From a virus, in IMG/VR virus record IMGVR_UViG_3300033491_000001: a DNA stretch of 64,000 nucleotides; one strand, written 5' to 3'. The position numbers were made by a program, and so were the translations under genes. Position 1 is the first letter of the stretch. Each line of letters opens with the position of its first letter. The notes beneath the pieces were generated by a model. It did not search any database. It was not told the DNA's origin and saw only the letters and a program-made list of their open reading frames with translations. This document shows, one piece after another, positions 41,341-50,023 of this stretch.

Positions 41341-41814
41341 TTGCTTGAATTGCAGGAATAATCGCAGGAATATCACAGTTTGAAGCCGTTTGTCAACGCT
41401 TTCTAAGTCGTTTCCGCTTCGATTCTCCGTCCAGTTTCGTGATATTTTCTTGACTGGCGGTCGAAAGATCTGTCAATTAGCTGCCCAAACTCAACCTCTG
41501 GTTGAAGTTTGGCTGTTACTGGTTAAACAATTTTGTTATATTCTCTTTCTTTTAAATTCCTCCGTTAAATACGTCTAAAGAATCCATTAGAATGTTAAAC
41601 CAAACACAGCGAATCTTCAACCAAACTCGACTCTCACCTGCCAGTTCAAACGAAATTCTGACCATGCAAAACCATTCTTCCTGCGCAACCACGCCGAAAT
41701 AAATCTCAGACGCAATTGCCAGCAAGCGGAAATCAGAATTTACTCAAATCGCAGACGAAGTTCGCTGTGAGGGTTTCAACACAGGAAGCCAAATTGAGAG
41801 GCTTATGTCAGCGG

Positions 41815-43200
41815 TCAGTAGTCTGGAATGTAGAATGTCCACGCTGGACGAGTGGCGTTGAAAAGCGTCCTGAAGAATTCGGTGAACTCTTCCTCCAGCC
41901 ACCTGAATTTTTTCCAAGCAAGATTGTGAACCGTTTCAGCTGATTGTTTGTCTCCATAGACCATCGCCTTCAGACCATTGAAGCCGAAGAATTCGTAAGT
42001 CCAGCGCAGGAAAATCTTGACCGTTTCTTCGCCAGACTGAAACTTCGACTTCAACTGCTCAATCGCATCCTTAGGAATCGGAATGTGAAGCAACTTGTCT
42101 TTCAGAACCGAAGCAACAATTCTAACGCACTCTATTTTCTTTTCCCGCATCTTCCAGAAAAGTTCCTCGTTCTTGTCAAGAAGCCTCCTGTAACTCGCGT
42201 TCAACGCTCGTGTCAGCAGACTGTTAGGCTTCGGAGACCAGTATGTCGGGTAAATCTTGATGTAATTCTCGGTCAACTTCGCTCTCCTGAAAATGTTGCA
42301 CAAAACCCTGCGACGAGCCTCGTAGTAAATGGCGAACATAGGATTAACGGTCTCGTTTTCCGTGTCCCACCATTCGCTTTTCTCCCAATCTGCCTGCGAC
42401 GGTCCATCGGCGTGAAGCCTGACATATGTCCTCTGCAGGTCATCGCTCGTGTCAATTAGGGCGCTGCTTATCAGTCTCTCCATCCGATCGAGGAATTTTT
42501 CAATGTCCCGGTCGAACACATCAAAGAGTTTGCGTTTGATCGAGTCGATTTCGTAGACGCGAGACTCGGCTACATATTCCATGATATTTCCTCTATTGCA
42601 GATTTGCGTGAACGGTCTTTTCTGCTGCAAAGCCTTGAACCCTTTCACCAGCACAGTTCTCAATGACCATTTGCTCATTTCAACCTGATCGAGATTGTAA
42701 CACGCCTGAAGCACTTCATAGGGCACGCACACGATCTTCCCGATCTTATCGAGTGATACATTGTGTTGCGCTAAGCCAGCGATCACAAGCCGCTTGCCCT
42801 TGTCCGACATTCCAGTGATGTCGACATACAAGACTAACTGGATTTGGTCAATCCCAAGGTTGAATTCTTCCTTCAGAAACTGGAAAAACCCGTAGCATGG
42901 AACAACACACCAAATTCGCCGCTTCTCTGAAATCGCCAGAGGAACTAATGGCACTGCGTAATATCGAGCAACCTGAAGCATCAACACCGAAGCTTTGTCG
43001 TAGCCAAGCAATTTCGCTAACCTATTAAGCGGAATTAGCGGGATGAGTTCATACCCGTAACTTTTGACCGCGCTGGAGAACAGGTTCGTTACCCTGCCCT
43101 CAGTCGTCCCGCGAACCCATTCCTTGCCATCATGATAGTGCGTCAACCACTCACGCCTGACAAAATAAATCCTAAGCTGAAACCGCTCTTTCGCTCCCAT
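41815..43200 (-). CDS. large hypothetical protein
   Basis: ~461 aa from ATG 43200 with GAGGTG RBS and its own promoter; no motif recognised. Confidence 0.7.
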   Translation of the reverse strand: MGAKERFQLRIYFVRREWLTHYHDGKEWVRGTTEGRVTNLFSSAVKSYGYELIPLIPLNRLAKLLGYDKASVLMLQVARYYAVPLVPLAISEKRRIWCVVPCYGFFQFLKEEFNLGIDQIQLVLYVDITGMSDKGKRLVIAGLAQHNVSLDKIGKIVCVPYEVLQACYNLDQVEMSKWSLRTVLVKGFKALQQKRPFTQICNRGNIMEYVAESRVYEIDSIKRKLFDVFDRDIEKFLDRMERLISSALIDTSDDLQRTYVRLHADGPSQADWEKSEWWDTENETVNPMFAIYYEARRRVLCNIFRRAKLTENYIKIYPTYWSPKPNSLLTRALNASYRRLLDKNEELFWKMREKKIECVRIVASVLKDKLLHIPIPKDAIEQLKSKFQSGEETVKIFLRWTYEFFGFNGLKAMVYGDKQSAETVHNLAWKKFRWLEEEFTEFFRTLFNATRPAWTFYIPDY

Positions 43201-43242
43201 AGGTCGCAACACCTCATTTCCAGTTATCTATTCCCGTTTGTA

Positions 43243-43271
43243 ACTATAACACGCCACGACAAAGATTTCAA
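43243..43271 (-). promoter_or_regulatory. sigma70 promoter
   Basis: TTGAAA-N17-TATAGT. Confidence 0.65.
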
Positions 43272-43304
43272 CCTATCGGCATAGCAACGAGCAGAGAATT
43301 GGCA

Positions 43305-44048
43305 TCAAAGTTTCTCCAGAAGCTCCTGCAGCGGCGGTCTAAGGACATTCCTGATTATCCGAGCAGCAATGGAAAACGGAGCTTCTTCACGCAACTCTTC
43401 GACCTCGTTTTCGCTTTCATCGACAGTTAAGACCCGAACCAAGAAGATTTCCTCGCCTTCTTCGACACCTACGCGACTAACTTCAATCACCTTGTGCTCG
43501 CCATCAGACTCAGTGTAATCTAACCGAGCCGTGTCTCTTGCACGATCAAGGAACAAAATGTAACTTTCATGCCTGCCGAGAAAGTCATGAAGCAAACCAA
43601 CAAAGTCAACGAACCAGTGCTTAAAAACTCGAACATGCTGCTTAATTGGCTTTGGCTTCTTCTCGGCAAGCCAATTGTAAACAAGTCCTACAGGTAGGTT
43701 CAATGCCTTAGCAATCCTGTTGTAAGACCAGCCACGCTGATGCAACTCTTTCGCAAGTGTCTTCAACTTCGCCTTAGACACTTGCTTCCGACGCTGCATG
43801 TTCAGCGTCAACGCACGCTCAATCCTCTCATCTTCATCAGTCACAGTGATCTGAACATACGGGACTTCAATCCCAAGTCCCGTCGCAATCCTGTAGCGAG
43901 TGTGACCATCAATGATGTAGCCATCTTGGTCAACAACGATCGGAACCTGCACGCCACGCTGAGCAATGTCTTCAGCAAGCTGCTCATACTCCTCACCTTC
44001 CAGCGGCGGCAACAATTTCTCGATCTTCGGATCGATCTTGATCTCCAT
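43305..44048 (-). CDS. ParB/Srx N-terminal domain + HTH protein
   Basis: LLPPLEGEEYEQLAEDIAQRGVQVPIVVDQDGYIIDGHTRY; HTH GWSYNRIAKALNLPVGLVYNWL. Confidence 0.9.
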   Translation of the reverse strand: MEIKIDPKIEKLLPPLEGEEYEQLAEDIAQRGVQVPIVVDQDGYIIDGHTRYRIATGLGIEVPYVQITVTDEDERIERALTLNMQRRKQVSKAKLKTLAKELHQRGWSYNRIAKALNLPVGLVYNWLAEKKPKPIKQHVRVFKHWFVDFVGLLHDFLGRHESYILFLDRARDTARLDYTESDGEHKVIEVSRVGVEEGEEIFLVRVLTVDESENEVEELREEAPFSIAARIIRNVLRPPLQELLEKL

Positions 44049-45021
44049 ACTGCAATGCACCTCCATTCATTGGATTTATTTGCTTCCTAAATTCGTTTGC
44101 AATCTCATGAACCACGACTAAGTTATGCAATGCGCGACAGTCGAAGTCATCTAACTGCGTTGCATTTTTGCAAAATGGGCAATCATGACCAGAAAACTCC
44201 TTGACTTTATGAAGCAGTTCGTCATTGAGAACAAGATTGTTCATGATTGCTCTCGGCGTTCCAAACCTGCGTTTGACACTAAGCCCAAAGAAGACTTCAT
44301 GAAACGCTGCAGCTTTACGCCAACTTGCGCTGTCGAAACTCTCAACTAATGGTGCTGCAACGAAAATCTTCTCCAAACTCGTAGGGCTTCCTATGCCGAA
44401 AACATGAACCTTCATGCCAAGCGATAACGCTTCCTCGGTCATCGCTCTAAGAACAATCATCGACCTGCTGCTTACATAGTTCACGCTCTCGTCTTTACCA
44501 GCAGTCTCAAAGCTCCCAAACGCAACATACCTGACACCGAGCGAATGCCACCAGCGAACGCCTTTGATAACCTGCACAACAGACCTGCCGTGAACAACAC
44601 CAATCGGCTCACCATGCTTTGGCAGCAACTTCAAAAACCGCTCACCTGCAAGCAAGGTGTCTTTGACCTTTCTGGCAACTTCTTCGTCGGAATCCTTCGT
44701 TTTCGGAACATTGTCAGGCAGGACAAAGTAATCTGCCCAATCGTGTTTACGCCAGACATTCGCCAAACGAACGCACAGTTTCTCGAAACTTTCAATCTGA
44801 CCGCATTGGACTTGATAACCGCCAGAATCGAACATTACAACTTCGATGTCACCTCGTTCGCGTAATTCAGAAACTGCACTGATCAGGTGACGCTTAGCAA
44901 CTACTGGCGTCACGATTACACGCTCAAATGGATTGAAATTCAGGTTCACGCTCCGAACCAGTTCGACATATTTCCTAAGTTCGGCACCATCCATCTTGAT
45001 TGCAGCGAAAAGCTTCCACAT
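43993..45021 (-). CDS. tRNA-guanine transglycosylase / DpdA-like protein
   Basis: MFDSGGYQ, LPDNVP, IGVVHG, HVFGIG, ESFDSASW (both catalytic Asp present); C-terminal HDCPFC...LHN zinc site. Confidence 0.85.
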   Translation of the reverse strand: MWKLFAAIKMDGAELRKYVELVRSVNLNFNPFERVIVTPVVAKRHLISAVSELRERGDIEVVMFDSGGYQVQCGQIESFEKLCVRLANVWRKHDWADYFVLPDNVPKTKDSDEEVARKVKDTLLAGERFLKLLPKHGEPIGVVHGRSVVQVIKGVRWWHSLGVRYVAFGSFETAGKDESVNYVSSRSMIVLRAMTEEALSLGMKVHVFGIGSPTSLEKIFVAAPLVESFDSASWRKAAAFHEVFFGLSVKRRFGTPRAIMNNLVLNDELLHKVKEFSGHDCPFCKNATQLDDFDCRALHNLVVVHEIANEFRKQINPMNGGALQYGDQDRSEDREIVAAAGR

Positions 45022-45043
45022 TGGATTGTTCCTTCACTTGCGT

Positions 45044-45475
45044 TTAGCCTCCTGTTAACCTGCGTTCTTCCATCTCAGCCACGAAATTTTGCCACTTTTC
45101 GTCACCAACACGAATGTATAATCTGCCACCAATTTTGATTGTCGTCAGTTTCCTGCGCGCAACTACATTCGCCCACTGGTAACTCTTACCGAACATCTTC
45201 GCCAGCGCAGAAGTCCTGACATAGCCTCGGTTCTCAAGAAGAAACTTCACAAACTTCGTCCGCAGTCGTCGCTTGTCGTCAGTGATTTTCGGAAATTCAC
45301 CTGCGATTTTTTCCGCAGCATAGCGAATATCTTCGTCAAGCAATAATGCTCTTGCTTGAAATAAATCAATATAATGATTGTGCAAAAGTTTCAAAAGACC
45401 AACTTTATACAAAACACGCAAAACTTTCCAATCGACACCAAATAAATCTGATACTTTCTTGACTGTCAACAGCAT
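45044..45475 (-). CDS. MerR/excisionase-type HTH protein (two HTHs)
   Basis: LLTVKKVSDLFGVDWKVLRVLYKVGLL and YVRTSALAKMFGKSYQWAN. Confidence 0.7.
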   Translation of the reverse strand: MLLTVKKVSDLFGVDWKVLRVLYKVGLLKLLHNHYIDLFQARALLLDEDIRYAAEKIAGEFPKITDDKRRLRTKFVKFLLENRGYVRTSALAKMFGKSYQWANVVARRKLTTIKIGGRLYIRVGDEKWQNFVAEMEERRLTGG

Positions 45476-45504
45476 ATTAAGTTCACCTTACTCTCGTGAA
45501 TGTA

Positions 45505-45533
45505 ATTATATCGCAGGAAAAGTTTCGTGTCAA
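45505..45533 (-). promoter_or_regulatory. consensus sigma70 promoter for HTH-TGT-ParB operon
   Basis: TTGACA-N17-TATAAT, perfect consensus. Confidence 0.85.
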
Positions 45534-45704
45534 GGGTGGCTATATATCTGGCAGAAGTAAACTCGCCTTGAAGTGGTGGCTAAAAGAAAAGTCTGGTAAG
45601 CGTAGGGCGGGCTTACATCGTCGTCATCGTGGCTATCTTAGTTAATGGCTATCGGCAAAGATGCCGATAGCAAAAATCCTAAGGGTAAAGGAGGTTGACG
45701 CAAA

Positions 45705-46277
45705 ATGATGGGACAAATTGAGATTTTGCGGCAAGTGTTAGAGGCAAAAGGAGTCAATCCAGAAGAAGTACTCGCAGAGGTTAGACGCAGGCAGGACATT
45801 GTCGGTCTCTTGACGGAGGTTGGCAAGAGGGTAGCAAAAATTGTCGGTGAATTTGGTCTGGTCAGGATGGATGTAAAGGTAGAGGACGGTAAGGTGACGG
45901 TGTGGTGGGATGACGGGACATTGGCGGAGAAGGTAGAATTGTCATTGACGCACAATGATGATGATGCCAAAGACGGCAAGAGACGCAAAGATGCCAAAGG
46001 ACCAGCAATTGCCGACAAACTTGCCACAGCAGCAAAACGGTACGGTATTGAATTGAAAGAATGGCAGGTCAGGTCAATTGCCTTCCACTTCCCACAAATT
46101 GCCAAATCCCTCATCAAGGAGACCAAAAATGGCATCTTGCAAGATGCCGATTTTCGGGATGCAGTCAAGATGTATGCTGAATGGCATCCCGAAAGGAAGG
46201 GTGAATTGCCACAGGACATTTTGACGCAGAATGATGCCGAGACGCAAAATGCCGAAACGCAAAATGCTACGGCATGA
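45705..46277 (+). CDS. early hypothetical protein
   Basis: AAAGGAGG RBS; 190 aa; followed by terminator. Confidence 0.75.
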   Translation: MMGQIEILRQVLEAKGVNPEEVLAEVRRRQDIVGLLTEVGKRVAKIVGEFGLVRMDVKVEDGKVTVWWDDGTLAEKVELSLTHNDDDAKDGKRRKDAKGPAIADKLATAAKRYGIELKEWQVRSIAFHFPQIAKSLIKETKNGILQDADFRDAVKMYAEWHPERKGELPQDILTQNDAETQNAETQNATA

Positions 46278-46286
46278 TGCCATCAA

Positions 46287-46329
46287 GGGTAGCCGATAGC
46301 CACAATCGGCTATCGGCTACCCAATTTTT
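46287..46329 (+). terminator. intrinsic terminator
   Basis: 15-bp stem GGGTAGCCGATAGCC/GGCTATCGGCTACCC + AATTTTT. Confidence 0.75.
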
Positions 46330-46331
46330 CG

Positions 46332-46353
46332 GCAATCGCACCATAGTGGGATT
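46332..46353 (+). repeat. dispersed CRISPR-repeat-like dyad, copy 1
   Basis: GCAATCGCACCATAGTGGGATT. Confidence 0.85.
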
Positions 46354-46392
46354 AGGACGCAAAAAACTACACCAAAAAGGAGGTAGAGAAGT

Positions 46393-46722
46393 ATGATGAC
46401 GCAGTGGACGCAAAAAACTCAGAAGTGCGAAGTGCTGGACGCACAGTGGAACAAGTACTCACGCTTTTGGGTACTGCAGGTACGCAGTTCCAGTGGGAAA
46501 GAGTGGACGGTGGTGTTCACTCACTGCCGTGGCTATGAAGATGTAGAATGGAGAGTACTGACACGAGACGAAAACGGCTACTGGGAAAGGCACAGCAGAG
46601 GGTTTATCACCATTCCGCACAGAAAAATGGTCAAGATTTACCCACAAACGGTACATGATGCCATCAAATTCTTCCACAACACAATCCTGCCACACATCTT
46701 GACACACTTCCCTAAATTCTAA
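46393..46722 (+). CDS. early hypothetical protein
   Basis: AAGGAGG RBS; 109 aa. Confidence 0.7.
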   Translation: MMTQWTQKTQKCEVLDAQWNKYSRFWVLQVRSSSGKEWTVVFTHCRGYEDVEWRVLTRDENGYWERHSRGFITIPHRKMVKIYPQTVHDAIKFFHNTILPHILTHFPKF

Positions 46723-46739
46723 CACCAATTGCCATCAAG

Positions 46740-46780
46740 GGTAGCCGATAGCCGTTAGGGTTATCGGCTACCTTTTTTTT
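46740..46780 (+). terminator. intrinsic terminator (duplicate of 46287)
   Basis: GGTAGCCGATAGCC/GGTTATCGGCTACC + T8. Confidence 0.8.
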
Positions 46781-46834
46781 GATGCCACAAAAATAGACTA
46801 CACCAAAAATGGCATAGCAAGGTGATGACAAAAA

Positions 46835-47215
46835 TGGCAAGGCAAGGCATCAAGGCAAGGACGCAAGGCAAGGCATCAAGGCAAGGCATCAAGGCATCGG
46901 CAAGGCAAGGACGCAAGGCATCGGCAATTGCCATCGGCATGCCATCGGCATGCCATCATCGGCATCGGCAATTGCCATCGGCAAGGCATCGGTCGGCAAG
47001 GCATCGGTCGGCAAGGCATCATCGGCATCGGTCATCGGCATCAAGGCAAGGCATCATCGGCAAGGCATCGGCATCATCGGCATCGGCATGCCGTCAAGGC
47101 ATCGGCATGCCGTCAAGGCATCGGCATGCCATCATCGGCATGCCATCGGCATCGGCAGGACGCAGCAACAGGACGCAGGACGGCAGGACGAAACAGCAGC
47201 AGAGATGCAGCAAAG
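46835..47215. repeat. low-complexity GGCA/GGCATC/GGACGC tract
   Basis: ~380 bp built from GGCAA, GGCATC, GCCATC, GGACGC units. Confidence 0.9.
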
Positions 47216-47286
47216 TGGCACAAGATTTTAAAGAGTGTTAAGATACGCAGTTGTGAAAATTTTTTGGAATGAGTTTAAATCTACTA

Positions 47287-47309
47287 CAATCGCACCATTG
47301 TGGGATTGA
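47287..47309 (+). repeat. dispersed dyad, copy 2
   Basis: CAATCGCACCATTGTGGGATTGA, overlapped and followed by a perfect 28-bp palindrome 47308-47335. Confidence 0.85.
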
Positions 47310-47364
47310 CATTGTGCAGAATTCTGCACAATGTCTTGACACTACAACACGGAGGTGTGCGACG

Positions 47365-48072
47365 ATGAAGGTCAGTGCAGAAGTGCTGGCGAAAGTGTTG
47401 AAGGCAAAAGGGCTTAGTGACTCGGAAATTGCAGAAGTCCTTGCCACTGCGCAGATGACTGCGAAGACTTCGCAGTCATCACGCAGGAGTAGGGCAAAGT
47501 TGGTGAAGTCAGGAAAACTTGACGAGGCGACTATGGAGCAGTTTAGGCAGCAGTTGCTATTGCGAGAGTGGGAGAGGCGAGTGCGAAGTCATCCGAGGGT
47601 TTTCGGCGTAGATTCAGTGCAAATTTCAAGTAATCAATCGGTAGTTGTGTTCAGGCAGGGTGACGCAGTGATTGAAATTACACTGCGTCATGGGTCTGGA
47701 CGCAGTGCACCGTATAATCGCAGGTTTATCGCACAGAAATTGCCGACTATCAGAGCACAGAAAATTGAAATTGTGCGCATGGTAGTCAGCACTGCGGAGA
47801 AAACGGCAGTGCTGGCAGTAGTTGGTAGTCAACGAGGCGTAGTGTTGCCAGAAAGTGAAAGGCGATGGTTGATGACTGCGTTGAGTGAAACAGTGCAAGT
47901 TCGTTGTGGCAAGTGGCAGGCAAAATTGCCAAAACTGGAGTGGCAGCAGATAGTGAAGTCATGGAGGTGCAAGTATCCAGTGATAGAGCGGCGATGGAGT
48001 GAGTTAGAAGTCAGTGCTGATGGTGAAAGGTGGTTTAGAGTGTCGCAGTTGATTAGCACTAAAGCGCACTAA
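47365..48072 (+). CDS. early hypothetical protein
   Basis: GGAGGTG RBS, ATG 47365. Confidence 0.7.
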   Translation: MKVSAEVLAKVLKAKGLSDSEIAEVLATAQMTAKTSQSSRRSRAKLVKSGKLDEATMEQFRQQLLLREWERRVRSHPRVFGVDSVQISSNQSVVVFRQGDAVIEITLRHGSGRSAPYNRRFIAQKLPTIRAQKIEIVRMVVSTAEKTAVLAVVGSQRGVVLPESERRWLMTALSETVQVRCGKWQAKLPKLEWQQIVKSWRCKYPVIERRWSELEVSADGERWFRVSQLISTKAH

Positions 48073-48097
48073 TGCGAACAATAGTAGTGCTGCAGAG

Positions 48098-48141
48098 ACG
48101 GCACGGCAGGCGACTGCAGTCTGCCGTGCCGTTTCGTTTTT
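48098..48141 (+). terminator. intrinsic terminator
   Basis: ACGGCACGGCAG/CTGCCGTGCCGT + TTCGTTTTT. Confidence 0.65.
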
Positions 48142-48160
48142 GCAGTGCTGGTTGTAGGTG

Positions 48161-48180
48161 GCAATCGCACCACAGTGGGA
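48161..48180 (+). repeat. dispersed dyad, copy 3
   Basis: GCAATCGCACCACAGTGGGA. Confidence 0.85.
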
Positions 48181-48246
48181 TGGAGTGCGCACAGGCATGT
48201 GATAGGTGCGCACTCCTGAAAATTTTGTGCATGGAGGTGTAGGAAA

Positions 48247-48501
48247 ATGCAACGCACAGTGAATTTTGGCGATTTTGCAGTTGAAGTCAAGCAGACAGAA
48301 CTTGGGCATTACACCATGACACTTCGGTGCAGGTGTTGCTGGGACAGTCGGCAGTGGGCAGCGATTTACTTGTGTGAGGAGAAGTCGCAGTTGCGTGAAG
48401 GTTTTAGAGACCTGCTGCGAGACTTCAATGAGCACTGCAGGCGCAGGCATCTTAGAGCAGCGACTGAACTGCGACAGCGATTTAGTCGGCTGCTGCACTA
48501 A
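48247..48501 (+). CDS. early hypothetical protein (Cys/His-containing)
   Basis: GGAGGTG RBS; 84 aa. Confidence 0.65.
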   Translation: MQRTVNFGDFAVEVKQTELGHYTMTLRCRCCWDSRQWAAIYLCEEKSQLREGFRDLLRDFNEHCRRRHLRAATELRQRFSRLLH

Positions 48502-48552
48502 CGAGTGGAAGCCTGCGCCAGTGGTGTTCAATCCGCACTGGCGCAGGCGACT

Positions 48553-48576
48553 GCAATCGCACCATTGTGGGATTGA
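48553..48576 (+). repeat. dispersed dyad, copy 4
   Basis: GCAATCGCACCATTGTGGGATTGA. Confidence 0.85.
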
Positions 48577-48641
48577 GGAGTGCGCACAGGCATGTGATAG
48601 GTGCGCACTCCTGAAATTTTTTGCATGGAGGTGTAGTGGAG

Positions 48642-48941
48642 ATGTTGCGATTAGAAGGAGTGCTGCAGGACGCAGACGAAGTGATGGAAGCGTTGGCAGA
48701 TGGTGCAGTTCTGAAGGCGATGCATCCCTATTACAGTGAAGTGCACTGGGCAAAGCGAGTTGGTGATGCAGTGGTTGAGAGAGTCGTTGACTCGGCGACT
48801 GGTGAGATTTTGCCATCGGCATCCTTCCGTCCACACTTCTACGCACTACTTGTAGACAATGCGATTGAGACTGGATGGCTTTTCTGCGTAGTTGGTGAAG
48901 ATGTTGATGTCACACGACTGTTCGGAGGTGAGCAGGAGTGA
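48642..48941 (+). CDS. early acidic hypothetical protein
   Basis: GGAGGTG RBS, ATG 48642. Confidence 0.65.
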   Translation: MLRLEGVLQDADEVMEALADGAVLKAMHPYYSEVHWAKRVGDAVVERVVDSATGEILPSASFRPHFYALLVDNAIETGWLFCVVGEDVDVTRLFGGEQE

Positions 48942-49159
48942 AATTTGCAGAACTGGTTGCTGAGGCACTTGGGTGGTTAATTATTGCAGTGCTGCGCACA
49001 GAGTTTGGTGCGGAGATTAGTGACGAAGAAGCGAAGGCAGAAGTGCGGAAGTTGAGAGAGTCTGTGCGGTTGGCAGTAGAGCAAGGCAGGTATGACCAGA
49101 TAGGTCTGCCTGCGGAACTATGCGAGGCTGAAATTGGAGAAGTCATTGCACTGAGTTAG
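48938..49159 (+). CDS. early hypothetical protein
   Basis: GGAGGTG RBS, coupled GTGA overlap. Confidence 0.6.
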   Translation: MKFAELVAEALGWLIIAVLRTEFGAEISDEEAKAEVRKLRESVRLAVEQGRYDQIGLPAELCEAEIGEVIALS

Positions 49160-49620
49160 TGGCTGCGGTAGATGCCTGCGGGCGGGCGACTGGCTGTGCG
49201 ACTGGCTGGGCGACTGCCAGTGGTTGCCTGCCTGCGGGCGACTGCCTGCGGGCGACTGCCTGCGGGCGACTGCCTGCGGGCGATTGCCTGTGCCTGCGAG
49301 TGGTCGCAGGCGAGTGGGCGCAGGCGAGTGTGGGCGGGCGGAACAGACCCACTCGGTAGGAATAGAGTGCGGCGTTCGGAAAATTTTTTGAGTGCCCTTT
49401 GGCTGCCAGTGCTGCGCAGCAATCGCACCATTGTGGGATTGTTGCCTGCGGGCGAGTTCTTGCGGGCGAGTTCCTGCGGGCTGCCTGCGGCTGCGCCTGC
49501 TGCGGGCTGCCTGCGACGGCTGCCTGCGCCACTCGCCTGCGGGCGGGCGAGTGAGGGCGAGTGCGGGCGAGAACAGACCGCACTCGCAGCAGTAGAGTGC
49601 GGGCGTTGGGAAAATTTTTT
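49160..49620. repeat. low-complexity GCCTGCGGGCGA tract
   Basis: CTGCCTGCGGGCGA x4 in tandem at 49228-49283 plus many degenerate copies on both sides of dyad copy 5. Confidence 0.9.
49419..49441 (+). repeat. dispersed dyad, copy 5
   Basis: GCAATCGCACCATTGTGGGATTG. Confidence 0.85.
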
Positions 49621-49638
49621 TCTACGGAGGTGAGCAGT

Positions 49639-49992
49639 ATGGATGTTAGGAAATTCGTCAGTGCGGTGTTGGCAGATGCGAAAATTCACAGGAGTCGTTG
49701 CGAGTTCAAGCAGTTCGAAGAAGACTATGCGCATGTAGTCATTCATGGCGATGTCAGCAGTGCTGAGTTCACAGTTTTGCGGCGTCATGATGGACTGGTA
49801 TGGGTGCAGGTTTGGTACGCAGGGTTGAAGTTAGTAGTGTATGCACCGCCAGAGTTGCTTTGGCAAGAGCCAGTCTACGAGGACATCGTAGACGCAGTTT
49901 GGAGGGCGAAAGACTGGGAGTCGGAGGTGATTGATTGGGCAGTGCTGGTTGACGAACTGGACGATGCGACTGCTGAATTGCTGCAGTCTTGA
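49639..49992 (+). CDS. early acidic hypothetical protein
   Basis: GGAGGTG RBS, ATG 49639. Confidence 0.65.
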   Translation: MDVRKFVSAVLADAKIHRSRCEFKQFEEDYAHVVIHGDVSSAEFTVLRRHDGLVWVQVWYAGLKLVVYAPPELLWQEPVYEDIVDAVWRAKDWESEVIDWAVLVDELDDATAELLQS

Positions 49993-50023
49993 GAATTCAG
50001 TTGGCAGGGAAGGAGGGATTAGC

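Noticed and set aside
23020-43228. Identical 12-mer GATAACTGGAAA in two gene leaders (23020 and 43217)
   Set aside because: Many identical 12-mer pairs are expected by chance in 64 kb; insufficient alone.
46822-47272. ORFs across the GGCATC tract (and 49143-49788 across the second tract)
   Set aside because: Open frames are a by-product of stop-poor low-complexity DNA; the peptides are not protein-like.
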